Shown: positions 11,901 to 24,598, counted from the first letter of the stretch. The stretch: 64,000 nt of DNA from Octopus sinensis (GCF_006345805.1 NC_043011.1:65670464-65734463), one strand, 5' to 3'. Notes: generated by a model from the sequence alone, not told the origin. Numbers and translations are program-made.

Positions 11901-13240
11901 AGGAGTTGCTGTTGGTAAGTACCTTGCTAACTTTCGTCTGAGTCAGACGTGGTTTTTGGAGCTGCTTCAGATGTCACGTGTTAACGTGAAATATTGAATT
12001 TTGAGACTCGACTAAAGCTAGGAGTTTTGTATTTTTGCGGGCGAAGTGAAGTTTTATTGCTTGCATTAATGTTTTTTAGCATTTAATATTTTTCAGCAGA
12101 TAATAAAACTCCACTTTGCCCCAGATATAATTTCTCTGCCTTTTGTCGAGTGTAAAGAGAATTATATTTTTAAAGCGGCGTAGTCCGTCTGCAAAAAAAA
12201 GTTTGTTTTTGAAATTATCTTTGTGTTATCCACGGTAATTACCAAGGAGTACCAAGGATTATTTTACCAAGGGGTTTTACCAACTGTGCATTTGGCCTGG
12301 AATACAACTTTTTGTCCGAAATAATTGAAAAAAAAAAAAAGAAAAAAAAAATTAATTCCTTTGCCTGGATTTGAACTCTTTTTCTCCGTCTATCATTTAT
12401 ATTTAAAAAAAACAGAACTTTTTGTTGAACTGCTATTTCTAATTTTATTTCTTCCCTTCTGTTGCATTTTTTATTCTCCTTTCTGTGTCTTACTATATTT
12501 TTCACATTTTGAACTGTTTTTTCTTACGTTATGGCAAAGAGTTTCACTGTGTGGGAATTGACACCTCCCAAAAAATATGTGAACGAACTCGAGGAAAGGA
12601 CCGTGGTGCTGAGGACATATTCGAAGTCTCTCGACACCATAATGGTTTTTCCGAAAGACACTATTATTAACGAGCTGGCAGACTATATGCCAGCCATTAA
12701 ACACATTCAACGGGGAGCCAAATACGCAACGATTTGGTTGCTGTTTGACTCCCCAAAGCAGCTTGCGATTTCGCAAGCAAGCCCATTGAGGGCGAAGAGA
12801 TTTTGTTTCTCCCAAGCTACAAGGGAGAAAAATTATTAAGAAATATTATTGAAATAAAGTAGCTTGCTAACCAACCACATGGTTCCGGGTTCAGTCCCAC
12901 TGCGTGGCATCTTGGGCAAGTGTCTTCTGCTATAGCCTTGGGCCGACCAATGCCTTGTGAGTGGATTTGGTAGGCGGAAACTGAAAGAAGCCTGTCGTAT
13001 ATATGTATATATATATATGTATGTGTGTGTGCTTCTGTGTCTGTGTTTGTCACCCTAGCATTGCTTGACAACCGATGCTGGTGTGTTTACGTCCCCGTCA
13101 TTTAGCGGTTCGGCAAAAAAGACCGATAGAATAAGTACTGGGCTTACAAAGAATAAGTCCCGGGTCGATTTGCTCGACTAACGGCGGTGCTCCAGCATGG
13201 CCGCAGTCAAATGACTGAAACAAGTAAAAGAGTAAAAGAG
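11901..13240 (+). mobile_element. tRNA-derived SINE split in two (head 11901-11931, body 12857-13240 with AGTAAAAG tail) in G1 intron 2
   Basis: A-box-like ggagttgctgttggt and B-box ggttcagtccc. Empty site in unit B at ~37510-37530 (gtgaaagttactatttc). Confidence 0.85.
11932..12856 (+). mobile_element. Internally deleted ORF1-only (gag-like) retroelement inside the SINE
   Basis: ORF from ATG 12531 is homologous to the one at 57945. 15-bp TSD at 11917-11931 and 12857-12871. Confidence 0.75.
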
Positions 13241-13289
13241 TATTTCTAAATCTCAAAACGAGAGATATTCAGCAACAGTACTTTGGTGA

Positions 13290-13672
13290 AAAGATCATTT
13301 GCCGACATAACATGGCTTTCCTGGTTTAGGAGGAATGTTGCTGCAATTTAGCTCCAGGAGACATCGTCTCCAGCTGGCTACGCCACACGATCAGTGCCGT
13401 TATGTTTTCGAACAAGGGAATCTAGCATCCCCCCTCAACTGAAAACTATATCTGTGTATCGCGATCCTTGGTTTATTTCCCTTCATCAGCAAAGAATAAT
13501 TGTTCGGTCGAATATTGTTAAGAACTGGGTGGGTGTGCTAGATTCACTTGTTCGAAAATATAATGACAAGGATCGAGTTTTATAGAAATCTGGAGAAGAT
13601 GTCTTCTGGGGCTAAATTACATCAACATTCGTCCTAACCTAGGACTGCCGTGTTATGTTGGAAATGATCTTT
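13290..13672. repeat. Imperfect ~150-bp inverted repeat (foldback) in intron 2, present in all five gene copies (~25060, ~37575 partial, ~47735, ~59900)
   Basis: 13290-13435 aligns to the reverse complement of ~13525-13672 at roughly 75% by eye. Confidence 0.75.
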
Positions 13673-14461
13673 ACTTCCTGTCGTTATTAAAGGAAAAGGA
13701 AGACATAAGATTTTGAATAGTGTTATAAATTCTCATAACTGACTGATAACACACTTTCAAGCCCGTTCACATCTACGTTTAATTTTAGAAATATGTACTA
13801 AACACACTCTAATTATTATATAAGTTAATTAATGTTCATAGAATTGAAATTAATTATAAAGTATTATAAAGGCAGTAGTTATATATCACGATACAAATAT
13901 TATAAACGATAAAATCAAATTATACTTATTGTTACGTTATATAAATTGCTCGCTATACAAAAAAACAAACGCCTGTTTCTTACTATAATACCACTGATAA
14001 AGGGTAATTGAACAAATATAATCAGTCGCAAGAATAAATATATTAAGAAATGCTACGATATCTAAAGATAATTCCAAAGGTTTTTCTTAATGAATAAGGA
14101 CAATATCGTGCTGTGATTCTACATAGTGATCTCGTACTTGCTTATGACTCCCAATAATCTTGAGTTTTATATTATTATTTTTTTTATTTATATTTATATG
14201 GTTGTATATTATTTATTTTGAATTCGTTTGCGACTCAAATGATAACTTTTCGTTGCAAAATGACAGAATATTTCGGTACTTTGTTCACATTTATACACTA
14301 AATGTTACGCTGAATATTGCATGTTTGAGGGATACATATTATTTACGGAATGGCAAAATTATTTTACCAGCATAAGATTGGTGAATCTAAAACAATATTG
14401 TACATCAGTACTCGCTCTATCTCTCTTTCTCTATCTCTCACTCTCTCTCTCTCTCTCTCTC

Positions 14462-14511
<50 letters not shown>

Positions 14512-15061
14512 TAAATTCTAGTGTATATTTGTTTGTGTGTTTGCGTGTGTACACACACACGTACAAGCATATATATATAGATATATACATATATGTATAT
14601 ATATATATATATATATATGTACATATCATTAACCAAGGACGTGGTTGAATATAGTCCAAGATTTCATCAATTGCAGCTGGTTCCAAGCGTCACTACTTAT
14701 TCAATTCTCAGTAAAATTGCAAAGTGTGAAAAGTTTTAAAGAGGACACCTCCTCAGCTACGTTAGAATTTGGCATAAATAGTTTGAGATTTGGTTCAGTA
14801 GAAAAAAATCTACATGAAAATATGTGGGTCTTCAAGGTGGGCAGGAATGTAGGTTTTCATTTTCACTTAACAAAATGTTTAAATTTTAAATAAATGTCTA
14901 CTTTCCATAGGCTTAAATGATAGAAAAATAGAGGAGGAATTTGAGAATCGTTAGACGCATTTAACAAAACTCAGTAGAGAAAATGTTATGAGGTGAAATG
15001 TTATGAAATGTAAAACGCCCCACGCAATAATTGTAATTATAAACACGAATGTCTTTAATGT

Positions 15062-15175
15062 AGGGTGGCGGAAATGCTGGCAGAAATTTTACGACACCAG
15101 GCGAAATTCTTAACGGATTTTTTCCCATCTTTACGTTCTGAGTTCAATTTCCGCGAAGGTCATTTTATCTTTCGT
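15062..15175 (+). mobile_element. Old SINE head remnant; paralogs ~26770, ~37925, ~49410, ~61740
   Basis: gctggcagaa...ggcgaaattctt...tacgttctgagttcaatttccgcgaaggtc. Confidence 0.6.
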
Positions 15176-15995
15176 ATATTTTATTGTTTAAATGAAATAT
15201 TTAATATAGTTATTTTCAAAATTCTGTTGAAATAGGGTAAAGTTATCTTTTATTATTAATCATGTTTCACATTTAATTAACTTGCTTTCTGCTTTTTTTT
15301 GCTTTTCCTTTTTAGTTGATTTCCTTTTGTTTTATTTAATTATTTAATCAGTCTTATTCATATATACTTGATTAATATGTATCTAACTTAATTGGGGAGG
15401 AATACAATCACTTTTCGCTAGGTCTGTGATTACATTCCAAATTTATTTTTGAAATTTAAAGAATAATTGAAGGGGATTTCTCATAATTTAAATTTATATT
15501 AATGGGATGTAGGTAATTTTAAATTGTGTATATCAGATATACTAAATAAATAACGTATCCTTAAAAACTCAAAAGTAAGCTGCAGATAAAAAGAGAGTAA
15601 AAATACTAAAATATAAAAAATATAAAACAAAATATAAATAGGTATAATTTTTTTATAAAGTATTAAAACAAATAAAAAGATAATACAAATTTTTTTTAAA
15701 TGTGAGATGAAATGTTCTGAATATGAAATAACACCATTGGATTCTTAATATTAGTTTAGCGGGAGATACATATGAGACACGGTCTGGGTTTACGATGGAT
15801 GAAAAATATTAAAAATAACCGTTATGTGTAACTGATAAAGCTTACATTCCAATCGTCATTGATTGCAGTATGCATATTTCAAGCGTGGTGATATCTCTTA
15901 GATAACATACATTCTAATATGTATATATATATATATTAATGAATGTATTGCATAGTAGTTATTAGAGCTCCTGTTAAGGAAATAATATTACTCAC

Positions 15996-16032
15996 GGGAT
16001 ATGAGAAGTGCAACAAAAATGAGTATCTTCAT
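15996..16032 (-). CDS. G1 exon 2 coding part: signal peptide MKILIFVALLIS (exon 16043-15996)
   Basis: Acceptor cattttacag, ATG at 16032, basic residue then hydrophobic run, donor gtgagt, phase 1. Confidence 0.85.
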
Positions 16033-16717
16033 AATGCCGTTTCCTGTAAAATGCTTGTTCTGATGGTGTATGGTTCACTTCTTTTTTAGGATCTTCAATT
16101 CCCTTCCTCGTTACTTCATTTATATTATGCAATTTAATGTAACAGATGGTTTAGTCAGAGTGTAGTTTCATCATCTTTGTGATTAACGTTCTATATTTGA
16201 CGCTTGTATAATATATCTGAGAATTTATTAATTTCAGTATTGATTTGCTTTCTATGTGGCCGTCATGTTAAGGCTAATTTAATGGAGCTGTGCTAGTATG
16301 GAACCTACATCATATATTCCTCTTAAAATTATAGTGAACATGATATTCCAGTGTTTGAAACTTTCAATCTGCATAAGTCTTTCGTTAATTATATTTAGTG
16401 AGAATATTATATATTGAATTAATATTGAGTGCTCAATTGTATCAAAGTATTGATGCTATTAAAGTATTTATATAATTAATACGAGCGAGTATATATACAT
16501 ATATATTTGTTAATAATATATTAATATAAGTATTATTAAGAAATCAATATCAAAACACATCAGAAAGATATACATGTGTGAAAAAAATGATTGTTGTATT
16601 AAAGATATATTAATAAATGTAAATATGTATAAAAATATATGTAAATATGTATAAGTAAGATTATATAACGTATATTACAGTTTACAAGTTTTGAATTAAT
16701 TATTTAAAGCACCTTAC

Positions 16718-16775
16718 GATCGTTTAACATTAGAATTGTCCCTATAATGAACTCCTATTGTGATAAGCATTTATA
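16718..16775 (-). promoter_or_regulatory. Candidate TATA box (16775-16769), initiator (TTCATT, A at 16748) and non-coding exon 1 ending at donor gtaagg (16717); also at 39813-39870 and 63396-63453
   Basis: TATAAAT 27 nt upstream of an Inr-like motif, then a GT donor, conserved in three copies. Exon 2 has an acceptor before its ATG, so an upstream exon is required. Confidence 0.45.
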
Positions 16776-17279
16776 GACAACGCTTCTGCTCTTCAGAGAT
16801 ATAAAATTAGAATTGTGTATAACATATTGAATGATAGATTTTTTTTTTTTATAATTTGAAGTAAATGTATAAAATATTATTTGTTTGAAGGATAAATTAA
16901 CAATTAAAAATTACTGCATTTGATGAGATTCTTTAAATCCATATATACTTCCTTGGTTATTCTTCTGCAATAATCCATAATATTCATATTTAAAATCCGT
17001 TATAATATCGTTCAAAGTATAGTTCATATAGTTAGTTGAGAAATGTGAAATTTGTATATACTTTTGTTTGATCCTCTTGAAATTCGTATGTCTTCTTGGT
17101 AATTCCTCTGTAGCAATCCATAATGCCTTTGTATAAATTTCATTATATTATCTGGTAATCTAAATATAATGCATATTACAAAATCAAAATATATTTAAAA
17201 TAAAATTTGGTTCTCTCATATATTTCGTCATGCACCAATCTCTCAATTTAACAACCATACCTTGTACCACATACTCAGA

Positions 17280-18110
17280 AGTTACTGACAGCCTTTGGCA
17301 AAGAGAGACAACATCCTAGTCGAAACAAAAATCCAGAAGAACACCCAAACTTTCAGAATGGGACCGTCGAACACAAGAGAAATCATAGAAATCTATAAAC
17401 CACTACTTATAAACAAACGTTGCAAAGCGTTTTTTAGTGGTGTGAAATCCTACAGATTTGGTCCCTAGAGAAGAGAAAGAATGTTATTTTCTCTCACGAG
17501 GCATCCTTTAGTATACTTCCAAAGACCGGCAAATTAAACGTCTGAAAGGAACCAGAAGAAGCTTTTGACGCAGATTGCCTCCTTTCAACTGTTATAAATG
17601 CAGGAGGAAACATGATGATATTGTTGGGTGGGCGCTATATATTGCAAATTCGCCGGCTCAGTGGTTTCGCGTCATGGCAGAATTAATAATTACGACTATT
17701 TAAGCATTTTATCTTATTAATATCATCCTATGTTTGCGAAAATGTTCCTGGAGAGAAACGAAATAATTCAGGGTGATAATGCACCATTTCACACAGCTAA
17801 AGTTGTGTGACTTTCTAGTGAAGGTAAACCACTTATTCGGTGTCTTCAGGTTTTAGACCTCAATAATATTGAACTTCTAGGGTGCATTTTAGATACACAA
17901 ATAATGAGTCGATGTAATGCACCGTTATCAATAGAAGAATTAGAGAATATTTTAGCTGAAGGATACATAATAATTCCTTAGTAAACCCTTAAAACTCCGT
18001 ACGAGTCCACACAATTTAAGGTGTAATTACTGCCAAAGTTGGCACTACCTCATCTTCAAATAACTTTGTTTGAAGTTATGAGGTGTTTCCATTATTTTTG
18101 TCAAAGCCTG
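17280..18110 (+). mobile_element. Second Tc1-like remnant; paralog ~40120-41055
   Basis: QGDNAPFHT and DLNNIE motifs; TIR-like end ggtgtttccattatttttgtcaaagcctgta. Confidence 0.75.
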
Positions 18111-18674
18111 TATATGTATATATGCATATAGGTGTGTGCGGATATATATATATATATATATGCATATTTATATACATTTGTGAGTGTGGATGAGTATATA
18201 TATATATATAAATACATATCTGTGTATGTATATGTATATATATATTCATCTATCTATCCCTCTTTATATGTATATATATGTGTCTGTGTGTGTATGTGTG
18301 TGAGAGAGACAGACAGAGAGAGTGCATATACAACCATACATACATACACTCATATGTATATAGGTAGTTAGGTATGTATGTTCCTGTGTTTGTACGTAAA
18401 TTTTTATATGAAACAGGAAAATATTTCTTTAAATATATGAGTCTATATAAGAAAAATCATTTTGTTGCAAACTATTTTGCAGGCTAAATTATTGAGATTG
18501 AATAGAGAACGACTTAATAACGTACAAACACATATATTACGCTGTATTTGTTTATTTAGATTTAGAAATATTTTTCTAGTCACTTTACATAAAGATTTAG
18601 TCATATTCTTTTAATTTTCATTGTTCATTATTTTCTGTTTCTATAATTTAACTAAATTATGTAGAAACAGAAAA

Positions 18675-18990
18675 TAATGAACAAGGCAGTCGCCGGCAAC
18701 CGTGGAGAATGGCGACGTACAGTAAAAGAGGGAGTACAAAGGAGTGACAGAGAGAGAGAGGAGAAATGGAATGAAAGGAAGAAACGTAAACAAGAGACCA
18801 TGGCACTACAACCAACCAGGAACAGTCTTCGCTACATTTGCAGTACCTGCCAGAGGGAGTGTTTGTCCAGGATAGGACTACACAGCCACAGCAGGATATG
18901 TATCAGGAAATAAAATATAACAGCCGGACTAGACCTAGAAAAAAAAAATGCGCAACTCCATTGTCTCCCGAGACAGAAAGGATGCCAATA
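18675..18990 (+). mobile_element. RTE-clade LINE 3' fragment, present in unit A and absent at the same position in unit B
   Basis: CSTCQRECLSRIGLHSHSRIC C-terminal motif; unit B is uninterrupted at ~41640. Confidence 0.75.
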
Positions 18991-19044
18991 CAATTCAATA
19001 ATTTAGTAAATCTAAGTATCATCCATAACATTATATTTCTATGA

Positions 19045-19800
19045 CATTTAGCTATGTATGTACCTATGCGTCTATATATATAGGTCGTCTGCTGCTGGAG
19101 AGGACCGACCAGGTAAAGGACCTTTGCATCTTAGTGGAGTTTTCCTTTTCGCCTTCGGGTCAATGCGTCTAAGTTAACAACAAATCACGCGGAGTTCTGT
19201 TCTTGATTCGACGGTCATTCGGAATTCTTAGAGCAGCCTATTCCTACCGCTCCATGTCACGCTGGTGAGACCCATAATGGAGTACGGGATTTAAGCCTCT
19301 TCTCCTTATCTCTTCAAAGACATACAGCAACTTGAAAGAGTCCAGAAGCTGGGTACCTGCATGGTTATTGGTCTCAAGCATTTGTCTTATGAAGAAAGAC
19401 TGAAGACGCTCGACCTTCATTCTCTAGAAAAACGACGACGCCGTGGTGATCTCATTCTTGCTCACAACATCATAAGCGGAAAGTGTAACCTCTCGAAAGA
19501 GCTGTTCTTCACTCCTGCTCCAGAGCGTCGACTGCGGGGTCACTCCGAAATGCTCTATCTGCGACGAATTCATTTCAATCGAAGGAGAGGGTCTTTCTCC
19601 GTCCGTGTTGCGGATCCGCGGAATAAGCTGCCGAACGAGATAGCGAAGATGACGACGATCGCTCGTTTCAAAGTCTCCCTTGACCACCAGTGGCCTGAAC
19701 TCTTTACATGAACACCACACTGTACATGACTCGATGTCCCCCTACATGGCCATGCTTTTTGCTTTTTGAGCCAAATAATTAACTAACTAACTAACTAACA
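19045..19800 (+). mobile_element. CR1-like LINE 3' fragment with (ACTA)n tail; paralog ~41680-42431
   Basis: VKDLGILVD and YEERLKTLDLHSLEKRRRRGDLI motifs. Confidence 0.9.
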
Positions 19801-20342
19801 TATACTTATATAGATATATACGAATAGTAGTGAAGAATCCCTACTTTCAGTGAATCACAAAGCGGTCGCTAGATGTTCAACGTTCCGAGTTCCTTCACAA
19901 TGCTTAAAGCATACAAAGGACCGATGCAATACGTGTATTATCTTACAAATTTATATCCTATGAAAACAAAATTATTAACTGATATTCATACTACTTCATT
20001 TCACACAAAGCCTAGAGAATTTTACACGCCGACTTTCGTATCAATAAATTGTTTCCACTCTTGAAATTCTTTTACTTAGCATTTGAATTGAACGTAATTA
20101 TACGAAGGGCATGCATAGCTTCATAGCACAGTTTACTCAGACCTAACCTTCTTGGAACTATAAATTTCCAAATTATCCGTTTGATTTCACAGATACATTG
20201 AACTCCCAGCGTAATTTAGTAACTGCAAAACACCAACGCGATTTAGTAAAATATATTTTTGGTAGTTGAGTGTTATGCGGTCTCCTAAATTCCCCATTGG
20301 CTTTGCACTTATAAAGATCTTAGTATAACCATTTCAATCTGA

Positions 20343-21082
20343 TGTGTCACCTTACAAAGCGAAGAGATTTATAGGTGTCCGTCCAATGGAAAAATGTATG
20401 TCACCAAAGCAAAGACGTAATATTTCAAGAAAGAAGTATAAATCAAGGAGAATTGTAGAAAACCGAGGGCGAGAGTCTCAAAAGAGAAAGGTGGTGACAC
20501 ATACTAAAGATCACCAAGCTCATACTGCAGCACGTGAAATAGAGTCCGAAGATGGCGGTGAGATGATGTTTTCCGAAGATCAGAAAAGGCACCCAGCACC
20601 ACATCAAATGGGATCTCAAGACAGATGAGAGATGAGAGTTGCTCAAGATCAGCTGGACATGCTACAGCACGTCAGATGGAGGACCATTAGTGAAGGGAGA
20701 TGAGTCTTTACCAAGGTTAATAAATGCATTGGTCAGCACATATGATGGTCTCAAGAGAGATGCAAGGTGACATTTTCAGAAGGTCACCAAAAGAAATGAG
20801 ACTTCTCCAAGATCATCAAAAGAAATGAGACTTTCCCAAGATCAGCAAAGAGGAAATGACTTCCCAATGATCAGCAAACGCATGCTGCAGCACTTCACGC
20901 TGAATTATTGAACAATATGTTTTTTTTTTCTGATTGGTCAGTGGTCCATTAGGATACCTTACATAAAGTGACCACGTACAAATTCGTTCTTCACAACTCC
21001 TACAGCTGCTTTCAAATGTGATCCAACCATTCCTGTGAAAAGATACTTTTGTCGATAGTCGCGTGCTAATTTGAAATTAACA
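20343..21082. mobile_element. Possible solo LTR (TG...CA) with internal degenerate AAGATCA-headed repeats; paralog ~42980-43726
   Basis: Starts tgtgtc, ends ttaaca, flanked by tctga and tctca. Confidence 0.4.
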
Positions 21083-21155
21083 TCTCAGCTTAGCTTATAA
21101 ACTTTCAAATTAAATTAATGGCACGCGCTACTCAAAAGGTAATATAACATTAGCA

Positions 21156-21385
21156 CTACAAGCAAGACCTTCTGAAACTCTTATAGATTCTCTGGAAGGC
21201 CTGTCCATTCAATCAAAGGATTTTCTAAACAGTATCACAGAAGTCAACGCCACATTTCAGATGTCATCGCTTGGTGCATCTAAAGATATATTGGAACATG
21301 GATTAACATACTCGTTGAAAGATAAATGGCAGCTCTATGAATACGTTGCAAGCACAGCTACTTCAAATTTACTTTCTGAGTGATG
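21156..21385 (+). mobile_element. Helitron Rep/helicase-like fragment; paralog ~43797-44025
   Basis: SKDFLNSITEVNATFQMSSLGA resembles the Helitron 'FL.NIR.YN..FQMTSFGA' motif (from recall). Confidence 0.55.
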
Positions 21386-21614
21386 GAGGACAACGAAGGT
21401 GAAGGAGATGTCAAAACATCAGACGTTGTGCATACATATTGATAAAAACGGTAAGATAACAAGAGAAACAATGAGACCTCGATTTTATGTAAATAGAGGA
21501 TTTTATGTGTAAAAGTAATATGTGACAATTATTCGGTAGCTATGATAAAACTCCGAGTTTCGGATGCCGATGTGGAAATCGAACAATTGTCATATATTAC
21601 TTTTACATATATAT

Positions 21615-21683
<69 letters not shown>

Positions 21684-22158
21684 GTAGAAAAATACAAACT
21701 GGGACAAGAACGCAAAACATTTAGAAGACGATACAAAAAACACGGACTGGACATCCGAAGCCTTCAATCTTCAGTCAGGAACCGGATCAACCTAGCAATG
21801 TCGGCTTATTAATCTTGAGTACTAAGCTGCGAGCATTAGATTTCTTGGAAAAAGGATCGAATGTATACGAAACTGGGACAGAAACACGGACGATGGCACA
21901 CGAATATCAAATACAAAAAACTATAATAGTAAAAAGAGGACAAAAACAGCGGGTGTCTTTCGACTAATAGACGGTACCACTTAGTTTAGCTGGCGTATTT
22001 GGAAAAACAGGAGGAGAAGTAGGGAGTGAGTGTGAGAGAGAGAAAGAGACTGATCAAATAGAGTGCAAAGTGTGAAAGCCAGAGAAATGTAGGAGAGAGA
22101 GACAGTCTTATAGATTCGTATCAAATTTAAAGGAATATGTACTTACATAAGGCCAAAC

Positions 22159-22560
22159 ACGAGGTGTGTATGCAAAGCCTTGTGGCTCAAAAAAGGAAAT
22201 CATGTTAGGAAACTGCTGATGATTAATTTCTCAAAATACTCCCTCCCACCCCACGCGATGGCTGAACAGTTTCTCCAGCGATGATGAATCGCCATTATAC
22301 CGGCGTAGAAGATCTCTTTTGTTGGAGATGCCAAAAAATTTCTATGATACCATTTTCACTGGCAAAATGTCGACCAGCCAGAGCTTTTTACATTTTGTGG
22401 GGAACTGATGAAAATCAGAGGGGGCGAAGTCTTGCGAATAAGACGGGTGGGGAACAAGTTCGTATTCACAAGCACGAATTGTTGCCATGACTACCACTAA
22501 AGTGTGGGCTGCAGCATCGTCGTGATGAAAAATAAATCTTCTGATGAACATTCTCAGCTA
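22159..22560 (-). mobile_element. Mariner transposase remnant; paralog ~44968-45310
   Basis: HHDDAAAHT and HPSYSQDFAPSDFHQF, similar to YSPDLAPSD. Confidence 0.8.
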
Positions 22561-22910
22561 TGTTTCTTTGATTGCTTCTCGAAGGCGTTTCTCAAGCTGA
22601 GAATAACGCAGCCATTTTATTTTGACAATGTTCAATATAATCGAGAATCCCCCACCGAAAAAACAACACGGTAATTTATGACAGCACGATTCTCAATTTT
22701 CTCGTATTCCTTTTAAACTCGAGCGTTGTATATTCAAAAATTTGAAACAAAAAATTAAAACATCAGAATCATGAAAATAAGTAAAAATATTCCGCAAATC
22801 CTGTAGTTAAGACAAAAATTGCTTCCGCTACCTACCAGCAGCGTTTCAATGTTACGCTGAAAACTTTTCTTACGACCTTTCTATACATACATACACAGAC
22901 AAAGACAGAC

Positions 22911-22980
<70 letters not shown>

Positions 22981-23129
22981 ACACACGCACACATATATAC
23001 AGACAGGTTTTCGAAACATGCCTTTGTACACATTTATATTCTCCTCCCATTACTGAAAACTGAAGAGTTATCTCCGGTACCCACAAAAAACCATAATTAT
23101 GACAGCATGTTACCTCCCTTTATTTATCT

Positions 23130-24420
23130 ACTTGTGAAGTCATTCAATCGTGAATTTCATCCCACACAACATGGAGAAAATTTCTTATAAAGAAAAATAT
23201 ATATTCAATAAGTAAAGCATTAAATGCGGATTTGCGATGGGGACGAAAGCAGCTCCTATTCTTGCGAACCTAATAAGGGGTTATTTTGAATTCACCTTAT
23301 ATGACGTATCACTTCAGAAATAGTGTTACTCATTTTACCTCTACATAAGAGAAAATTTGAAGCGATACCTGGATGACTGCTTTATCATTTGTAAGGAGAA
23401 CATCGACAAACTTTTTGGATTTCTAAACAATACTAAATGCCATAAATAGTAACATTCAATTCACAATGGAATATAACAAAGAACAACTTCCATTTTTAGA
23501 CATCATGATAAAAAAATGTTAACAATGAAATCATAACTGACATATATTATAAACCAACTGATTCAACACAATATCTTATTTTTAACTCATGCCACCCGAA
23601 ACACATAAAAATAAACATACCTTTCAACTTAGCAAAAATATCTGCACAATAGTGTCTGATAGAAAAACTTGGTACCTCCGTCTTCAAGTACTCAAAACAA
23701 CACTTCTTGAAAGACAATATCCACCCTCTCTTATCGACAAGGTAATTAAGAGTGCCAAACAACTAGACACAAAAACACTAAGTACAAAAAAACATAGCAC
23801 CTCACCTCAAACATAAACAATACTATTTATATCAACACACAACCCCAGAAGCAGTGAGGCATTCAACACTATTGTGCAGACACTTCTTTTACTAACTAGA
23901 GATCCAAAAATGAATAACATCCTGAAAACCCACAAACTCATCAAATGCAAAAAAATAAAACAAATCGATAAGGAGAATACTAAAAAATGCGAAGTTTTAC
24001 AAAACAACCACGAAACCAATGGTTGCAAAACTTGTACGCCCAAAATGTGGACATGTCCCAACCTGCTTGAAGACTTGGATTTCCTTTTTAAACAAGGAGA
24101 GAGGTTCACAATTAAAACTAGTTTCAACTGTGCCTCTGAGATTATGTAATAATCTGCTTGAATTGCGGACACCACTATATTGGACAAACGAATATGACAT
24201 TGAGAAAGAGAACCAACCTACATAAGAAGCAAATCCGTTTCCCGCAACACAGAAGAATTTCTCTCAGTGAACATATAGAAAAATATGCAGGTAACATCAA
24301 ACCAAATTTCAAAGTCATCCCTTTCTATCTGTACAAAGACACAATCTCTCAACTAGAACATTTAAATAAAGAATATTTTCTATTGAAAAATACATGAATA
24401 GCGATAGTGGAACCGGTCGA
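23130..24420 (+). mobile_element. Degenerate Penelope-like element (RT plus GIY-YIG); paralog ~45900-47085
   Basis: GFAMGTKAAPILANL, RYLDDCFII, CHPKH..NIPFNLAKRICTIVS and CGHHYIGQT motifs. Confidence 0.9.
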
Positions 24421-24533
24421 TATATTAAAAATTATATTAAAACTATGTAAGTGTGCGTATTTTCCTTTTTATTTACTTATATAGGTATATATATATATAT
24501 ATATATGAATATATATATATATATATATATGTG

Positions 24534-24598
<65 letters not shown>

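Noticed and set aside
15846-15896. 51-nt segment with a strong gtaagc donor in intron 2
   Set aside because: Weak acceptor and an in-frame TGA when joined to exon 2, in all three copies.
16900-17260. Minus-strand AT-rich stretch with a repeated YGLLQ(R/K)N motif
   Set aside because: Multiple stops and no splice framework; cannot be assigned.
20344-20628. 94-aa basic ORF conserved in units A and B
   Set aside because: Inside the LTR-like repeat; conservation is no higher than neighbouring non-coding DNA.
20500-20900. Repeat-spacer appearance suggestive of a CRISPR-like array
   Set aside because: Repeats are degenerate with irregular spacing, in a eukaryotic TE context with no cas genes.
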